Of a stretch of DNA of 64,000 bases, positions 1 to 12,831 are shown in pieces (the stretch's first letter is position 1; every line of letters begins with the position of its first letter). Where the stretch lies: positions 3,782,001-3,846,000 of the forward strand of contig CM035351.1 of the NCBI GenBank assembly GCA_020137815.1, in the 5' to 3' direction. Source of the DNA: Hormiphora californensis. Its lineage: Eukaryota; Animalia; Ctenophora. A program made the translations under genes and the position numbers. The notes under the pieces were generated by a model that saw only the letters and a program-made list of their open reading frames with translations, had not been told where the DNA came from and did no database searches.

Positions 1-398
1 AACCCGGGGGAACAGAGTCGAGCAAGGCAAGCTTCTGCAGCTGTAGACAAGTCCTATTTTGCCAGAAAATTCTCCTGATGGGATTGGGAATAGAGGAAAT
101 AATGGGATTCTTCATCAGAGAATCAACCACCCCAACTACCTCTTTGTCATACGATGCATCCGCATAATGGGAAGTTAAGCAGCCGTGACTCTAATACTCT
201 ATCAACCATTTGATGTTAAAATATGGTAGCTTATATTCCACTGGGCTATAGAGAGAGAAAAATTAGCCTTGTCCGGTTATAGAATGACAGGACTGGTTTA
301 AATTGAAATGAGCCAATAGGGGACCGACTACGACCGGGGGATTTAATCCCCATCTTTTTAAATGAACCTGTCTTAAATATGCTCTTGCTTTAAATCCT

Positions 399-1060
399 GA
401 TGGGGGGGGGGGGCCGGCTGAAGTTTTTGAAGTTTGAAGTTTTCCACCCTACTTTTTGAGTTTTTGAAGTTTTTGAAGTTGACTTCAAAAACTTCAAAAA
501 CTTCAAAAAGTCTAAACTACATACTTTTATATGCTATCAGTGACTATTATTACACTTGTTTAGGTTAGTTTCATGCTTAATACATATTGTGGCAAAGTTA
601 TCCATCCTTGTCTGCCCTTTTTCTACCAAAAATTAGGATATTTACAATGATTCCTAGCCATGAAATCCATGGCACAATTTGGTGTAAAAAATTTAAATTT
701 TTTGTAAAAACAGATTTCATTTTCATTCTATAACTCAAAAAGTTGCCTAGAAAATGCTAAGAAAGTGTTTAAAAATTATGAAGTAAATTTTCAAAAATTT
801 TTTTGGGGCCACACCCTTTTTGCCAGTTTCACAAAATGCAAATTTTTTATTATAAGGGAGTAGTGAAAAAAACATGGACACCAATATCATCAGCGGCCTC
901 GAGTTTATATAAGAGTTATGAAGCAACATAGGGCCTATCTCCAACGGTTTAGGAGATATGAGTTTTTGAAGTTTTTGAAGTTTTTGAAGTTTTCCACCCT
1001 AAGTTTCTCTTTGAAGTTTTTGAAGTTGACTTCAAAAACTTCAGCCGGCCCCCCTCCATC
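399..1060. mobile_element. Non-autonomous TIR DNA element (MITE-like)
   Basis: Inverted termini GATG(G)nCCGGCTGAAGTTTTTGAAGT and ACTTCAAAAACTTCAGCCGGCCCCCCTCCATC, with subterminal GAAGTTTTT repeats; TSD unclear. Confidence 0.7.
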
Positions 1061-1194
1061 CTGATGGGGGGAGGGGGTAATATTATCATTACTCATTATG
1101 TTACCCAGTATTTCCATTATAAATGTTGACCCTGTCTCACCGAACCAAGACATAATAAGTGCATAATGTAATACCCAATCCCCCCTTTTTTCAG

Positions 1195-4100
1195 CCAACT
1201 GACGTGGAACATACCCTGGAGGAGATTGTGTTCATATTCTCTCTTGCCGTGGTGGCATTCATCACCATCCTTGCCAATCTACTGGTAATAACCGCCTTCT
1301 GTATTGATAAACGACTTCGGAGGACCAATAATTTCTTTGTCGTATCCCTCACAATCGCAGGTAAAAACAGGAAGATGATAAATTTTAAATAATTTTGAAA
1401 GCGAGTCAAGATTCAGCTTACCTCAAAATTGGATCAATTGATTTTTCTTGAGAATCGAGAGTCGAGACACGCTTCAATTTAATATTCAGACAGTTTGATG
1501 GGGAATGGGGATTAAATGTGCCATATTTTCCTGCGTTAACCGATTTATCTTGCCAATCTCGAGACACGTCAAATCAATATTAAGCGTTCTAGGATATATC
1601 CTTCCCTAAATCACTTATCCTTTCCTAATGAATTGGGCGCTAAATTCCTATCACTTTCAGGATTTCTCTCGGGAGGTTACTCAATCCCCCTCTACTGTAT
1701 AACAAGGTGGACCCGAACTGAGCCCTTCTCCCTCTGCAAGTTGTGTGCGTTCCTTGACAACTCCCTAGCAACCGTAACCGTGTGGACTCTGGCAATGACC
1801 TCTCTCGACCGATACTACATGGTGGTCAACTATAAGAGGTCTGTGACTATTTATACCTGTTCGTTAGATTGGTATGTGGCAAAAATCTTGAAACGTCAAA
1901 GTGGTCACAATTTTGAATTTCGGAATTATGAGTCAAACCTTTTTATTCATGGATATACATACTCTAAATACCTATCTGAAGCCCTGAAGTCTGCTAAGAT
2001 AGACTTTTAAACGGAGGTTGAATTACTCCCTTGAGGCACGGGGTGAAGTTTAAACTTACCGATTACCTACAACTCTGGCTCATGCAACTCTGGCTCATAG
2101 AATCCATGAGCCAGAGTTGTAGGTCACCAACTTACCCCAGTTAGGGTAGACCGGGGTAATTTGGACGGTTTTTGCATTCAATTGGTATTTCAAGAGCCAT
2201 TAATTTACTTAATCAATTATTTAGCTACTCAATTTGTGCAACTGAACCTTTATCTTGAGCCTCAGAACAAATTTGAATCGAAAACATAACTTTTAGATAG
2301 CTAATTAACCTTGTTAATGAAGGTAAGTCGGAATATTTTTGATCGCGAGACACGGGGCAATTTGGACTAGTGGCTTCTACACCAATCACAATGCGCGCAT
2401 TCAGTCACGTGACCGCGACACACCACATTGCCCCAGCTGTAAATCTGCGATGTAAATCAGACCGAGGTTGGGGCTATTTGGACAAACTTAGATTGTAGCC
2501 ACAGTTTTTGAGATATCGATTTCAAACTTTTCAGTCATCTAGTAATTTAGTATCCCGTGCTATTCCTTTTTTCAAAATTAGTTAATTAAGTAGTAATTAG
2601 CCTAATTAACCAAAAAATTAAGTGTTCATCAGATCTATATCTATAGGGTGCATTTTCGAAAGCTCAGGATTAGCCTAGTCGATTAGAAAAAGATTTAATC
2701 TAATCCCAAATAGGGTTTTTGAGAAAATCGACATCAAAGATAAAAGAAACCACAAATAAAGCTACGGTTTTCAAAGGAATGCTGTTTGTGTTTTCAGGTG
2801 CTTACAAGGCCAGAAATTACTATTATGGGGATCCAGTCTAATTAATCATGTTAGTGGCCGATTCCCACTCAATGCAATTCCATGGGGTTACTATAGCAAC
2901 GGAGTTTGTTACCATAGCAACCGGCGAATTTGCATTAATGTACTATTTTCTTGCTCCAAATTCACCCATTACATCCGTATTATTAGACTATCGATTATTT
3001 AAACATGATTGTGAGTCACAATGAGACATCAGACTACCTTCAGTTACCAGCCAGTCAGTGGCTTTGGTTATCAAATGTATGCCTATTGCTCTAAGTTAGC
3101 CTGTAATTTATCCCTTTATTCAGTTATATCAGCTGCATATAATGGATGATTATCAAGATAAAACACTACTTTTGGTCATCAAAGCACCAGTCCTAGATAT
3201 TCTGGAGCACCCTATGAAGTTGGTTTGTCGAATGCCACACCATGGATTGACTTGTTACCTTGGCATCCAGAGAATTGGTTGTAAAATGCGCCTTTTTCTA
3301 TTTTTTTTGGTCTATTTACTCATTTTTAGCCATCTATATTGATTGAATAGGATAATTATGAAAGCAGGTTGTCTATGGTTACCATAGAAACGAGTATAAT
3401 GGCGCCATGAGGCCAATTTGTTTTAACCAATTTGCCCCATGGGGCAATTTGGTCTAGTCCAAATTGCCCCATGGGGCAATCTGGATTATGACCGAATTGC
3501 CCCCGATTTTTTCGTCCGAATTGCCCCAAATTGTCCGAATTGCCCCGCTTCATTAAAATGCCAATTAGCTAATTAAATCGAAAGCTAATGTCATTTTGAT
3601 GATGAAACTGAATAGAAAAGTATCATATTGTGAAATTCTGACCCTTAATTTAAATAATTATCATAATTAAGTTTACCGAAATAAAGTTTAACTTTAAAGT
3701 CGTCATTTTTCGTTATTTCACACTAAACACCACAATTTAAAAGTCCCATATAAATCACTAGTCCACATTGCCCCGTCCTGTGACCACATTGCCCCACCGT
3801 CCAAATTACCCCGGTCTACCCTAAGCATTTTTATGTGTGAAATAAACCTCTTTTTACTATTCTTTTACCATGGAGGAGTTCCGCGGTAAATCAATGATTC
3901 ACTGCTATAGCCAGTATAACAGCTATATAGCCAGTCATATAGCCAGTCATGTAGTAGTAAGCCTGTCAAAATAATAATTGAATTTATAATGTCGACATGA
4001 GACATAGGACAAATATAATGATTGAATATATCGAACATGACAATATGTATAATGTTGGGGAGTTTAACTTCACTACTGAGGTTCTGATTTGAAAGCCCAC

Positions 4101-7100
4101 GAAATTAATTAATCCTGAACATATTTTGACCATTACGTGATATTCACATATATAAAAAGCGGTCCAGTGGGTTCTCAGAAATCAACGTAAATGGGTGACT
4201 TCTTAACCGGGTGGGGGGGGATAATGCATGTTATAATTTGTTGACTGCGTTGCCAGCGTAACTAATGTGGCAAATACTTGAAATATATTTAGCAAGTATG
4301 GTCATACATGAAATGAAATAACGATGTGAGCCACACAACTGACACCTTGTCATAGTAGGAGCGCTTAGAGCATGCACGTGCAAAAGTCGTGTGCCACACG
4401 AAACTTAGGCTACTGTCACTCCTTTGCTTTGCATCGAATAAAAAAAATGACCCCCAAGTTTTTTGTAGATCTCGACAAGATCTTTCGAAAACTTGAAGGT
4501 CGTTTTTTATTGGAGTTGAAATGAAGGAGCTATGACAATGCGCAAAAGGGGTGGCGCACGACTTTTGGCGGGAAGTGATCTAAGCGCTCCTACTATCAGT
4601 TACAAGCAGCATCATTACACCCTTGGTAATGAAATTACCCCTCTGTTATTATTGTATGTAATAAAAGGGGTGACAACAACAACAACCCCCTTATCAGGTA
4701 CAAACAGCTAGTAACGAGAACCCGAGCCAAGGTTGTTCTGGCGTTGGTATGGGTCTACGGGTGCGGCGTTTGTACCCCACCTCTCCTAGGGTGGAATGAG
4801 TACTGGTTTAGCAATAAGTGAGTTACTTAGTGGGACAAAGTTTTAGGTACCTTACTCTCGTTTTTTAAGAAAAGCTTTAGTAACCCCTAACTTGTTTAGT
4901 TTTTTAATAAACGGAAAACTCTTTTATTTTTTGGATTGCTTAATCTTGTGGTTTCTTAGAAAAAAGTTTCATAACGGGTGATAACTAAAAGATGTCACAA
5001 ATTTAAAACAGCTGTAGAATTTTTCCCTTATGAGATACAGCTTCGGGCCAGTTATAGAACGATTTTTCAGACAATTTTGAATCGGAATAGTATACCGGCA
5101 AAACCTAAAAAGTTCATTTTTATTGCGATATCTGATCATTTCATCTTATCCCACCAAAGCATGTAGTACGGAGATTTGAAACTTCTATGTGATCAGAAAT
5201 GACTTTTCCGATGAGATAAAATTCTAATAATTGGAGGTTTGGTTGTTCATGCTATAGTCAACATAACTGCCAAGTTTGAACATTTTAGCTCATTAAGAAA
5301 TTGGTTTTCACGGTCATTAATGTTTCAAGATATCGTCGAAATGGCGATTTCTCAAATTACCTGTAAACTACGCTTTGTTACAGAAGATTCTGATCAGGAA
5401 ATTGAGATTTATGAAGTTTGAAACAAAGTTAATTTCGTTCAAAATTGTCTGATAAATCATTCTATCACTGTCCCGAAGCTGAATCTTGAACAGAACAGGT
5501 GCTAGAGGTGCTAGAAAAGTGTGTAAATTTCACGTACTAAATGCTTTGGTGGGGCAAAAGGAAATGATGTGATATCGCAATGAAAACGAACTTTTTAGTC
5601 TTTGCCGGTATATTATTCCGATTCAAAATTGTCTGAAAAATCGTTTTATAACTGGCCCGAAGCTGTATCTCAAAAGGGAAAAATTCTACAGCTGTTTTAA
5701 ATTTGTGACATCTTTTAGTTATCACCCGTTATTTAAAAGTTTCTTGAAATATAGGAGCCTTATTAACGAGAGAGTAAGGTAGTCAACTAGTTTTACCCCT
5801 TCAAGAAAGAAGATTACTCAACATGTAACCCAAAGTAACGTCCTTCTATTTCCCACAGTACAGCTACATGTGGTATGAAGAACTTCATGCGCAATGATCC
5901 TGGTCGGGAATACTTCCTCTTCTACTTTTTCTCCTCCTTCCCAATTCCCCTTGTCATTGTCACCTTTGCCTACACTCGGATCTTTATACAGGTAGGTTCT
6001 GACACAATGCTAATACCCTACTACCTGGTAGGGGATAATTAAAAGCATTGTCCTGAAGCTCAAAAATCCGAATCAATTTACTATTATAGATGGCAATCCA
6101 TACCAAGTTACTATAAAACTCTCGATGGGGTTACCATAGAAACCTGAAACGGAGAATTACTGTTTCTCCTCTCAGGCATGGGGTGTTTACAAGAGACGAG
6201 AACGCCGTCAATCGGAAGCCTACAGACGGAGTATGGAGTGTAAAAAGTTTTCCGTTCCGGAGAATAATAATGTTGGGTGTGAAACGAAGAGTTGTCCTAA
6301 CACCCGACCCAGCACCACAGTTAGGCAGTTGCTAAGGACGGCCAGCGTTACCATGGGAACCTTCAGAAGGACCAATAGCACTGTCGGAGGGATGAGCATC
6401 GACAAAACAGTGCGTTTTTCTAACGTTCTCTCCCGTTTTTGTATTACTTATAGCAACCTAAAACATAGCGCCATTATATATACCCGGGATGTTGTCGGGA
6501 TGATTCTTAATTCCCCATATTACCTGACCCTGAATCTCTAACTCTCCCTCCAGGTTCGAGCTACTCTGATGGTTTTCATGCTGGTTCTAACCAACATTTC
6601 CTGCATCTTCCCAATATTTGTCTTCTCCCTGCTCATGTACTGGAACCCTAACCTGTACAAACCACAGGGATATGCAATTAGCATGTTCCTCTTTTTCCTT
6701 AATTCCGCCCTCAACCCCATCATGTATGGACTGTTTAACACCAACTTCCGGGGGACTTTCAACAGGTACATGATGATTTGTTTTGTTCAGGAACCGACCG
6801 AATCAGGAAATACTGGTCCCTGATTGGCTGATAACCAGTCACGTGACCTAAATACCGAGTTCTGATTGGTTGTTTACTTGTTTCGGTCGGTTCCTGGTTT
6901 TGTTCAAACCCATAGTTCGCGAAAAGAGGGTCGAGCTAGACAAATGTTGATAACTATGTTGCTTAGTTTAGATTTAGTCTGAAGGATCCTTTAGACTAAA
7001 TCTTAACTATGTAGTAAGTCATGACCAGCAAAATGACTCCTAGGAGACTTGTTTGCTGGTTATCAGTTTTTACCTCCATGCCAATTAGGAATGCCAAGGA

Positions 7101-8170
7101 GATTTCCGATTGGGTAGTGTTATAGGGTACAGGATATAAGGTATAGTACCACATCTAGACATTGAATGGGAGAATCTGAGAGGTGTCGTGATTCGTGACG
7201 CAGAAAGATTTTAAACCTTTTACTCGGGTTGACAAGTTGAGCCATCCACCGGAAAGCTTCGTATATTTAAACAGAGTAAAACTGGGGTGACTTCATATAA
7301 ATATAATTTCTTGGAATATAGCCATATGGAACAACGAACTTTTAAAGCACGTTGAATAGCTTTTTAGCCTTCCGTTCCCTTACGAGTTGTCTGGCGGCAC
7401 CAGACTCCGATTTAATCAGATGGGGTCCGCGGTGCCAGACAGTTTATTCCTATTTAATATGCAATAAATAGTGTCTAAGCAATTCAACATATATGTTGCC
7501 CGGTATATTAACTCAACAACTCCACCACAGTTTACTGCACTGCAAGCTGCCAAAGAACAGAAGAAAAGTGCGGTACTCCAAGATAAATGGTAACGGCGCT
7601 AAGCAGATATGCTCTGAACCAAACACTCTCCGGTGCAGATTAGCCCGAAAATGTAAGTTCTTTTCTTTCCTTCCCCTCCCTAAGAGCTGCAATACTGTGG
7701 CGCCTGAGAAAAATACTAGATGTTCTATCCCTAAACAACTATCATAATTCATTTTCCTAAATGGGGCCCATCCTAAATATAAATCCTTTTTTATATGTCT
7801 TATACAGTCGGACCCCGATTTAACGGCACCCTCGGGGGAAAGAGTTTTGTCCGTTAAATCGGGGTACCGTTAAATCGGGGGCCGTTAAATCGGGGTCCAA
7901 CTGTATTAACACTTTCTCCCCCCCCCCCCCAAAGAATTCTTTTCCCTATTTTAACACTTGTTTTTCTCCTCAGTAAACCTGGCCCAGCTTGGCCTCTCCC
8001 GGGCGAGATTAAACAACACAGCGGACACCAATAACAGCTGTACAGCACCGAGCGCCCAAAACCACAACTCCGCACCCGCCCAACTCCGCTCCGCTCAACT
8101 GGTCATCCAGATTGATGAAAGTGCCACTCTCAGCTCGAGTGAGAGGTGTCAAAAACTCTCCAAAGTGTGA
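1195..8170 (+). CDS. Class A (rhodopsin-like) GPCR, aminergic-receptor-like; 8 visible coding exons, start exon not identified
   Basis: Phase-consistent GT-AG splicing of exons 1195-1360, 1661-1838, 4698-4817, 5859-5991, 6176-6409, 6554-6765, 7531-7652 and 7974-8170 (TGA). Motifs: TM1 ANLLV, TM2 SLTIAG, TM3 CKLCAFLD...SLDRY, TM4 W...PPLLGW, TM5 FPIP...AYTRIF, TM6 CIFP, TM7 NSALNPIMY, helix 8 FRGTFNSLLHC. Confidence 0.9.
2061..2128. mobile_element. 68 bp mini-MITE related to the MULE at 14169-16844
   Basis: Termini GATTACC...GGTCACC, ACAACTCTGGCT motifs in inverted arrangement, flanked by the direct repeat AACTTACC. Confidence 0.75.
2144..3821. mobile_element. Non-autonomous TIR element with TA TSD in a GPCR intron
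   Basis: Perfect TIRs GGGTAGACCGGGGTAATTTGGACGGT and ACCGTCCAAATTACCCCGGTCTACCC, flanked by TA; many internal GGGGCAATTTGG/AATTGCCCC motifs; no transposase ORF. Confidence 0.85.
4352..4596. mobile_element. MITE
   Basis: Inverted termini ATAGTAGGAGCGCTTAGA and TCTAAGCGCTCCTACTAT. Confidence 0.7.
4850..5779. mobile_element. MITE with long internal inverted repeats and TA TSD
   Basis: TA-CCTTACTCTC...GAGAGTAAGG-TA; about 200 bp inverted repeat at ~4970-5166 versus ~5537-5732, which explains the twin MITKRCHKF ORFs. Confidence 0.75.
6788..6896. mobile_element. hAT-like MITE (109 bp)
   Basis: TIRs CAGGAACCGACCGAA and TTCGGTCGGTTCCTG, perfect 8 bp TSD GTTTTGTT; starts 22 nt into a GPCR intron. 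Confidence 0.9.
7805..7903. mobile_element. Tc1/pogo(Tigger)-like MITE, short copy
   Basis: TA-CAGTCGGACCCCGATTTA...TAAATCGGGGTCCAACTG-TA. Confidence 0.85.
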
Positions 8171-10093
8171 TTGAACTCGATCTCGCAATGGCCTCGCAGT
8201 TTGCAGAAAAACGAAAGACATTAATTCGGATAATAAACCGTTTGTTAGTTATGTTTGGATCTCGGTGTTTCCAAGCAGAGACAATTGTGCGGGGTGGTTG
8301 CCATAGTGACAACCCCAGTTGTGCTGTATAGCTGGTTACGTATAGCCTTTGAGTACGATCACGAGTTCTATTCACCTAACGAGTCGGACCCTGATTTGCT
8401 GGAACCCTGAATTACCGGGCAATTAACCCTTTCTCCCGAGCATCCCGGTAAATCGGGGTCCTACTGTATTTCTGATTGGAAGGTGGCGAAATAAAACTTC
8501 TCTTCCTCTTGTTCTTGGAGAGATATTAATATTTGAACAATTACACATGTTTCACACGATAAGTTATTAGCAAATCCATTTATGTAGAACTAAAAGTAAA
8601 GTGCTAGTTTAAATTTAACTATAAACTTACTTTTTGAAAGTAAATGAACGAAAAAATACATGCTGTGCTGCTGAATAATATTCGGAATATGTTGCAAAAT
8701 TGAGGCGTCGGTGAAGCCATGTCATTGTCATCGACCCGTCATGCAGGGTTTTGACGATTTTGGCAGAGCCCCCGTTCGATATTGCTATCCTGTGCAGTGT
8801 GTCATTATATTTAAACAATAAACATTTTATCTATAAGTGTATAACTTTTAAACTGATTGAAACAACCGTTTAACTTAGTCTTGGTTTACATTTACAAAAT
8901 CAAAGCGGGTACTCCATTTGATTAGGGTTAGAGTGGTTTTCACTTGACAGCGAAGGTGCCATGTGGTGACACGGGTCAACCTTTACCCGCTTACCGAGGT
9001 CCAAGGATTGCTCACGGTGCAGTTCATATATATCATGTGCCCAAGCAAGATTTTCACAATGCTGCGAGCGGGCGCCAGTTTTTCGTAAATGAAACCACCA
9101 AAATGACGGCGCGCGTGTTTCAAAAAAAAGGAAAACCGAGTGCGGCGTCACTTTTAATTTTGATTTTCGTGTTCCCGGGTCCAAGCGGAAAAGTTAAAAT
9201 CTGGGTGTTCCAGTTCCGAATCAGTATTGCACTGTGTCAACACTCATGATTTCTAGGATTTAGGTAAAGCCAATTTGTTTTCAACCTGTCAGAGCATTGG
9301 CCTGACCCATTCTCGTTTCTCTCAAATTTCCCGTTCTGCACGTGGAGCGCGCGAGAACTGTGGTCAGAGCATTGGCCTGACAGTTTTCAACTGCGCCCCC
9401 CCCCCCCCAATTTGCACGTTTCTCATGATATCTCTGGTTCCTGACAAAATGAGAGACTATGTAACGGGCGTTTTGGAAAGAGAATTACAAAAGCTCTTAT
9501 CTGGAATCGGAGATATCGCAAAATAAATTTCTCGAAAACAAAGGGGAGGGGTGAAAAGTTGACTTTAGGCTTAGGGTTATGATTATGCTGTCTAGCGCCG
9601 CAGACCCCATCTGAGCGTGCACTGTCACACGCTCAGATTTGAGAATCAAATCGGCCATCGGGGTCTGGCGTCGTGCTCCGCAGAATAAAAATAAAGTATG
9701 AAAATTCAACTACAGCAGCGGCACTGTGTGGTTTTTCACGATGGAATCCATCAAGCATGTCCTTTTATTTACCACAACAATATGCATTTTCATTTTGAAC
9801 ACTGTTTTTAGGTTCTTGCACTGCCAGTTGATTATACATAGCAAATTATAAAAACTACGGGTACTTTAGAGAAAAAAAACCCCAAACACGGGGACAGTCC
9901 CATAACAATTATTATAGGGTGCAAAGTTTACACCCTACGTGTGGACCTGCGTATCCCCCGGTTATATTGTTTCCTCGCGGTTCTTTTTCTTTTCTTCTCC
10001 TAAATCCTGATGTCAATTTTTCTCATTTCCACAAATGTCTCTCTGTCTGTCTTCCTCTCTTGCTGTCTGTCTATCTCTCCCTCTTTCTCTCCA

Positions 10094-10171
<78 letters not shown>

Positions 10172-12268
10172 CTCGATGTCTGTCTATCTCTCTCTATCTC
10201 TCTCTCGCTGTCTGTCTATCTCTCTCTCTCTCTTCCCTCCATCCCTCTACTATCTTCTCATTATCTACTACTGAGAGCTACTCTATTTTTAGTTCAACGC
10301 TGGATAGACTGTTCCTCCTTCGACTTATAACATCCTCCTTCTCTAGTAATGAGCATGTGTTTACTGTTTAAATCAGCTCTCCGTTGTAAGGGTTGGGTCG
10401 TGGGACCCTCATCCCTATTAATACTCAACAAGCTCTCTGTGATTCCATCGTAAGCCCCTGTCATGTGTGTGCCATGGACCCGTCCTCAGTAAGAAAGATC
10501 CGACTAAAGCAGCTTTCAGACTGGTGTTCAGAGCTAGGGGCCTCCGCCACTTGGCGATGGACACGTGCTCACTGTTTGGATCTACTTCCTGTCGGCGAAG
10601 ACGGAGTGGGAGTACAGGAATGTGGTGTCGGTGAAGTGCAGTTGAGACTCGCCCTCGCAGTGGAGTATGCGTTTGGAGACGACACATTCATTCCGGGCGA
10701 CTGGGTATAGATCCAACGGTTGTCTCAGACTATCGAATATCGAGATTGCCGGGGTGCCTGACTTTTACTGTTTACTCGTACCGAAACGGTGTCAGGTTTA
10801 CCGCTGATGAGTTCGATCTGAGTCTCGATTTCTGGCGATTGTTCACGTTACCATCTTATTGGAGAGTCTTTCCGCTATTCCGGATATCTTGACTCTTGAG
10901 TCTTGGTGCACAGGTGTGCTGTTAGTATAGGTGAGGAAGTTGGTGGTGCAGATGGTTTTGGTGGTGTAGATGGACTACTACAGTAGTTCGGGGAGGGGGT
11001 TGGGTCGGTTCCTTAAGGTCTTGGTCTGGCAGCATCGCATGGCATGGTACATATGTTCTCAACTTACTCACTGAAAGCATTACATTGAAAGTTGCTCTGT
11101 TCAGCGAATTCAATCAGAACTACTTCCAAATTTTGAACTCTTTCCATATTATGAAGTCGGCCCCCGATTTACCGGAACCCCAGTTTGCCGGGAGGATCAT
11201 TTTCCCCCGATTTAGGAAATTAACGGTATTTGACCCCGAATGTTCCGGGCACCCCGCACCGAATTACTGCACAAAATCTTTCACCCCGAGCATTGTGGTA
11301 AATCATATTATGATCCATGTGCGGTACATCCGCCCCCATTTACATATATCGAGTGAGTCCTTGTGCCATAAATTGCTGGTAATAGTGTACATCCCGGCTG
11401 TTCAGGGTAATACCAGTGCTGCTATAATGCAGTTCCGTGTTGTTTGAAATATATCTCATTGCGTCCTAGGATCTTCATGATTCATCAACGTCCAACGTTA
11501 CATCTTGTAATATCTGGCCTAGAATATATATATTACATCCTTAATAGCTCGCTCTCTTTCTGTATTATAGATGGCCTGAAGAAGAATTGCACTAATCTAA
11601 TGGTGACTAAACGTGGTCATCAAGAGTGTCCATTACCATGGCAACGGAAAGTGCGGTTTATGCTCTATCTTTCTATCTTTTTTCTTCTCTCTCTTAGTCT
11701 TTTTTTAAAAACCCCTTTTTTCCCCCCCCCCCTTTTTTAATTTTCTCTTCCTCTTCCCCCCTTTCTCCTTCCTCTCTCTCTTCCTCTCCTCCTCTCTCAA
11801 TTTCCCCCTTCTCTTCTTTCTTTTCTCTTCTTCTCTTCGCTCCCCATGTCGGTCCTCTTATGCTTACCTCTCTGCTCCTATTCTAGCTCCAAAGGGAGAT
11901 GTAGGTTGAGGGAAAGAAACAAAAAGGTCGGACCCTTACCCCACATCATGTTGCGAATAGGTCGGGGCAATTCTCCTTTTAAAAGTTTACTTTATTACAG
12001 TTTTTTATAGTCCATAATGTTCTCTCCTCTTCCTTCCCCTTCTCTCTTTCTCCCTCTCTCTCTCTCCTCTTCTCTCTTCCCACTCCTTCTCTTTTTTTGT
12101 TTCTCTTACGTCAAAAACCCCTCACTTTTTCAGGGAAAAGAGAGGAGAAAACACATCGTACTTTTTATAGACGTTATAAACTGCAGTAGTAGGAGTAACT
12201 GATCGTTCGCTAAAACGTTCCGGGTCTATAATTATTGTTTTGAAACTACTTTTTGAAGTAAGATAAAT

Positions 12269-12269
<1 letters not shown>

Positions 12270-12346
<77 letters not shown>

Positions 12347-12388
12347 AAAGTCAGAAAGACAAAAAAAACAAAAAGACAGCAGACAGAC

Positions 12389-12425
<37 letters not shown>
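12270..12425. repeat. (GACA)n microsatellite
   Basis: Directly visible. Confidence 0.95.
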
Positions 12426-12427
<2 letters not shown>

Positions 12428-12571
12428 AAGACAGATAAAAAGACTAAAAGACAGACAACAGGACGGACAAACTAAGAGACTAATTTAACAGACAGACAAT
12501 AAGGCAGACAGATGGATACTGGATAGACAGATGGACGGACACGTGCGAGATGGGCCGAAAGCTCAGTTATC

Positions 12572-12831
12572 GTAAAGTCGGATTTTTTGAAACTGTCACC
12601 CCCTTTTCACGCGCGGCGTCGTATTTGCGCGTGACAGCCCCACTTGCTCTCACTTTTCGGCAAAAAACCGCATATCATCGGAAAGAGCATAATTTTGTGA
12701 GTCCGTAAAACTTTGGTTTGCCGAAATTGGTCAAAAAACAAAGGCGTGAGAGCGAAAACAAGTTTCCGACGCGCAAATAAAAACTCGCGCACCACCCAGG
12801 GGGGTGACAGTTTCAAAAAATCCCACTTTAC
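12572..12831. mobile_element. MITE
   Basis: Inverted termini GTAAAGTCGGATTTTTTGAAACTGTCACCCCC and GGGGGTGACAGTTTCAAAAAATCCCACTTTAC. Confidence 0.75.

Noticed and set aside
10393-11113. GC-balanced segment with short ORFs on both strands
   Set aside because: Stops interrupt every frame and I found no recognisable domain or consistent splice model; it could be a UTR or a decayed gene.
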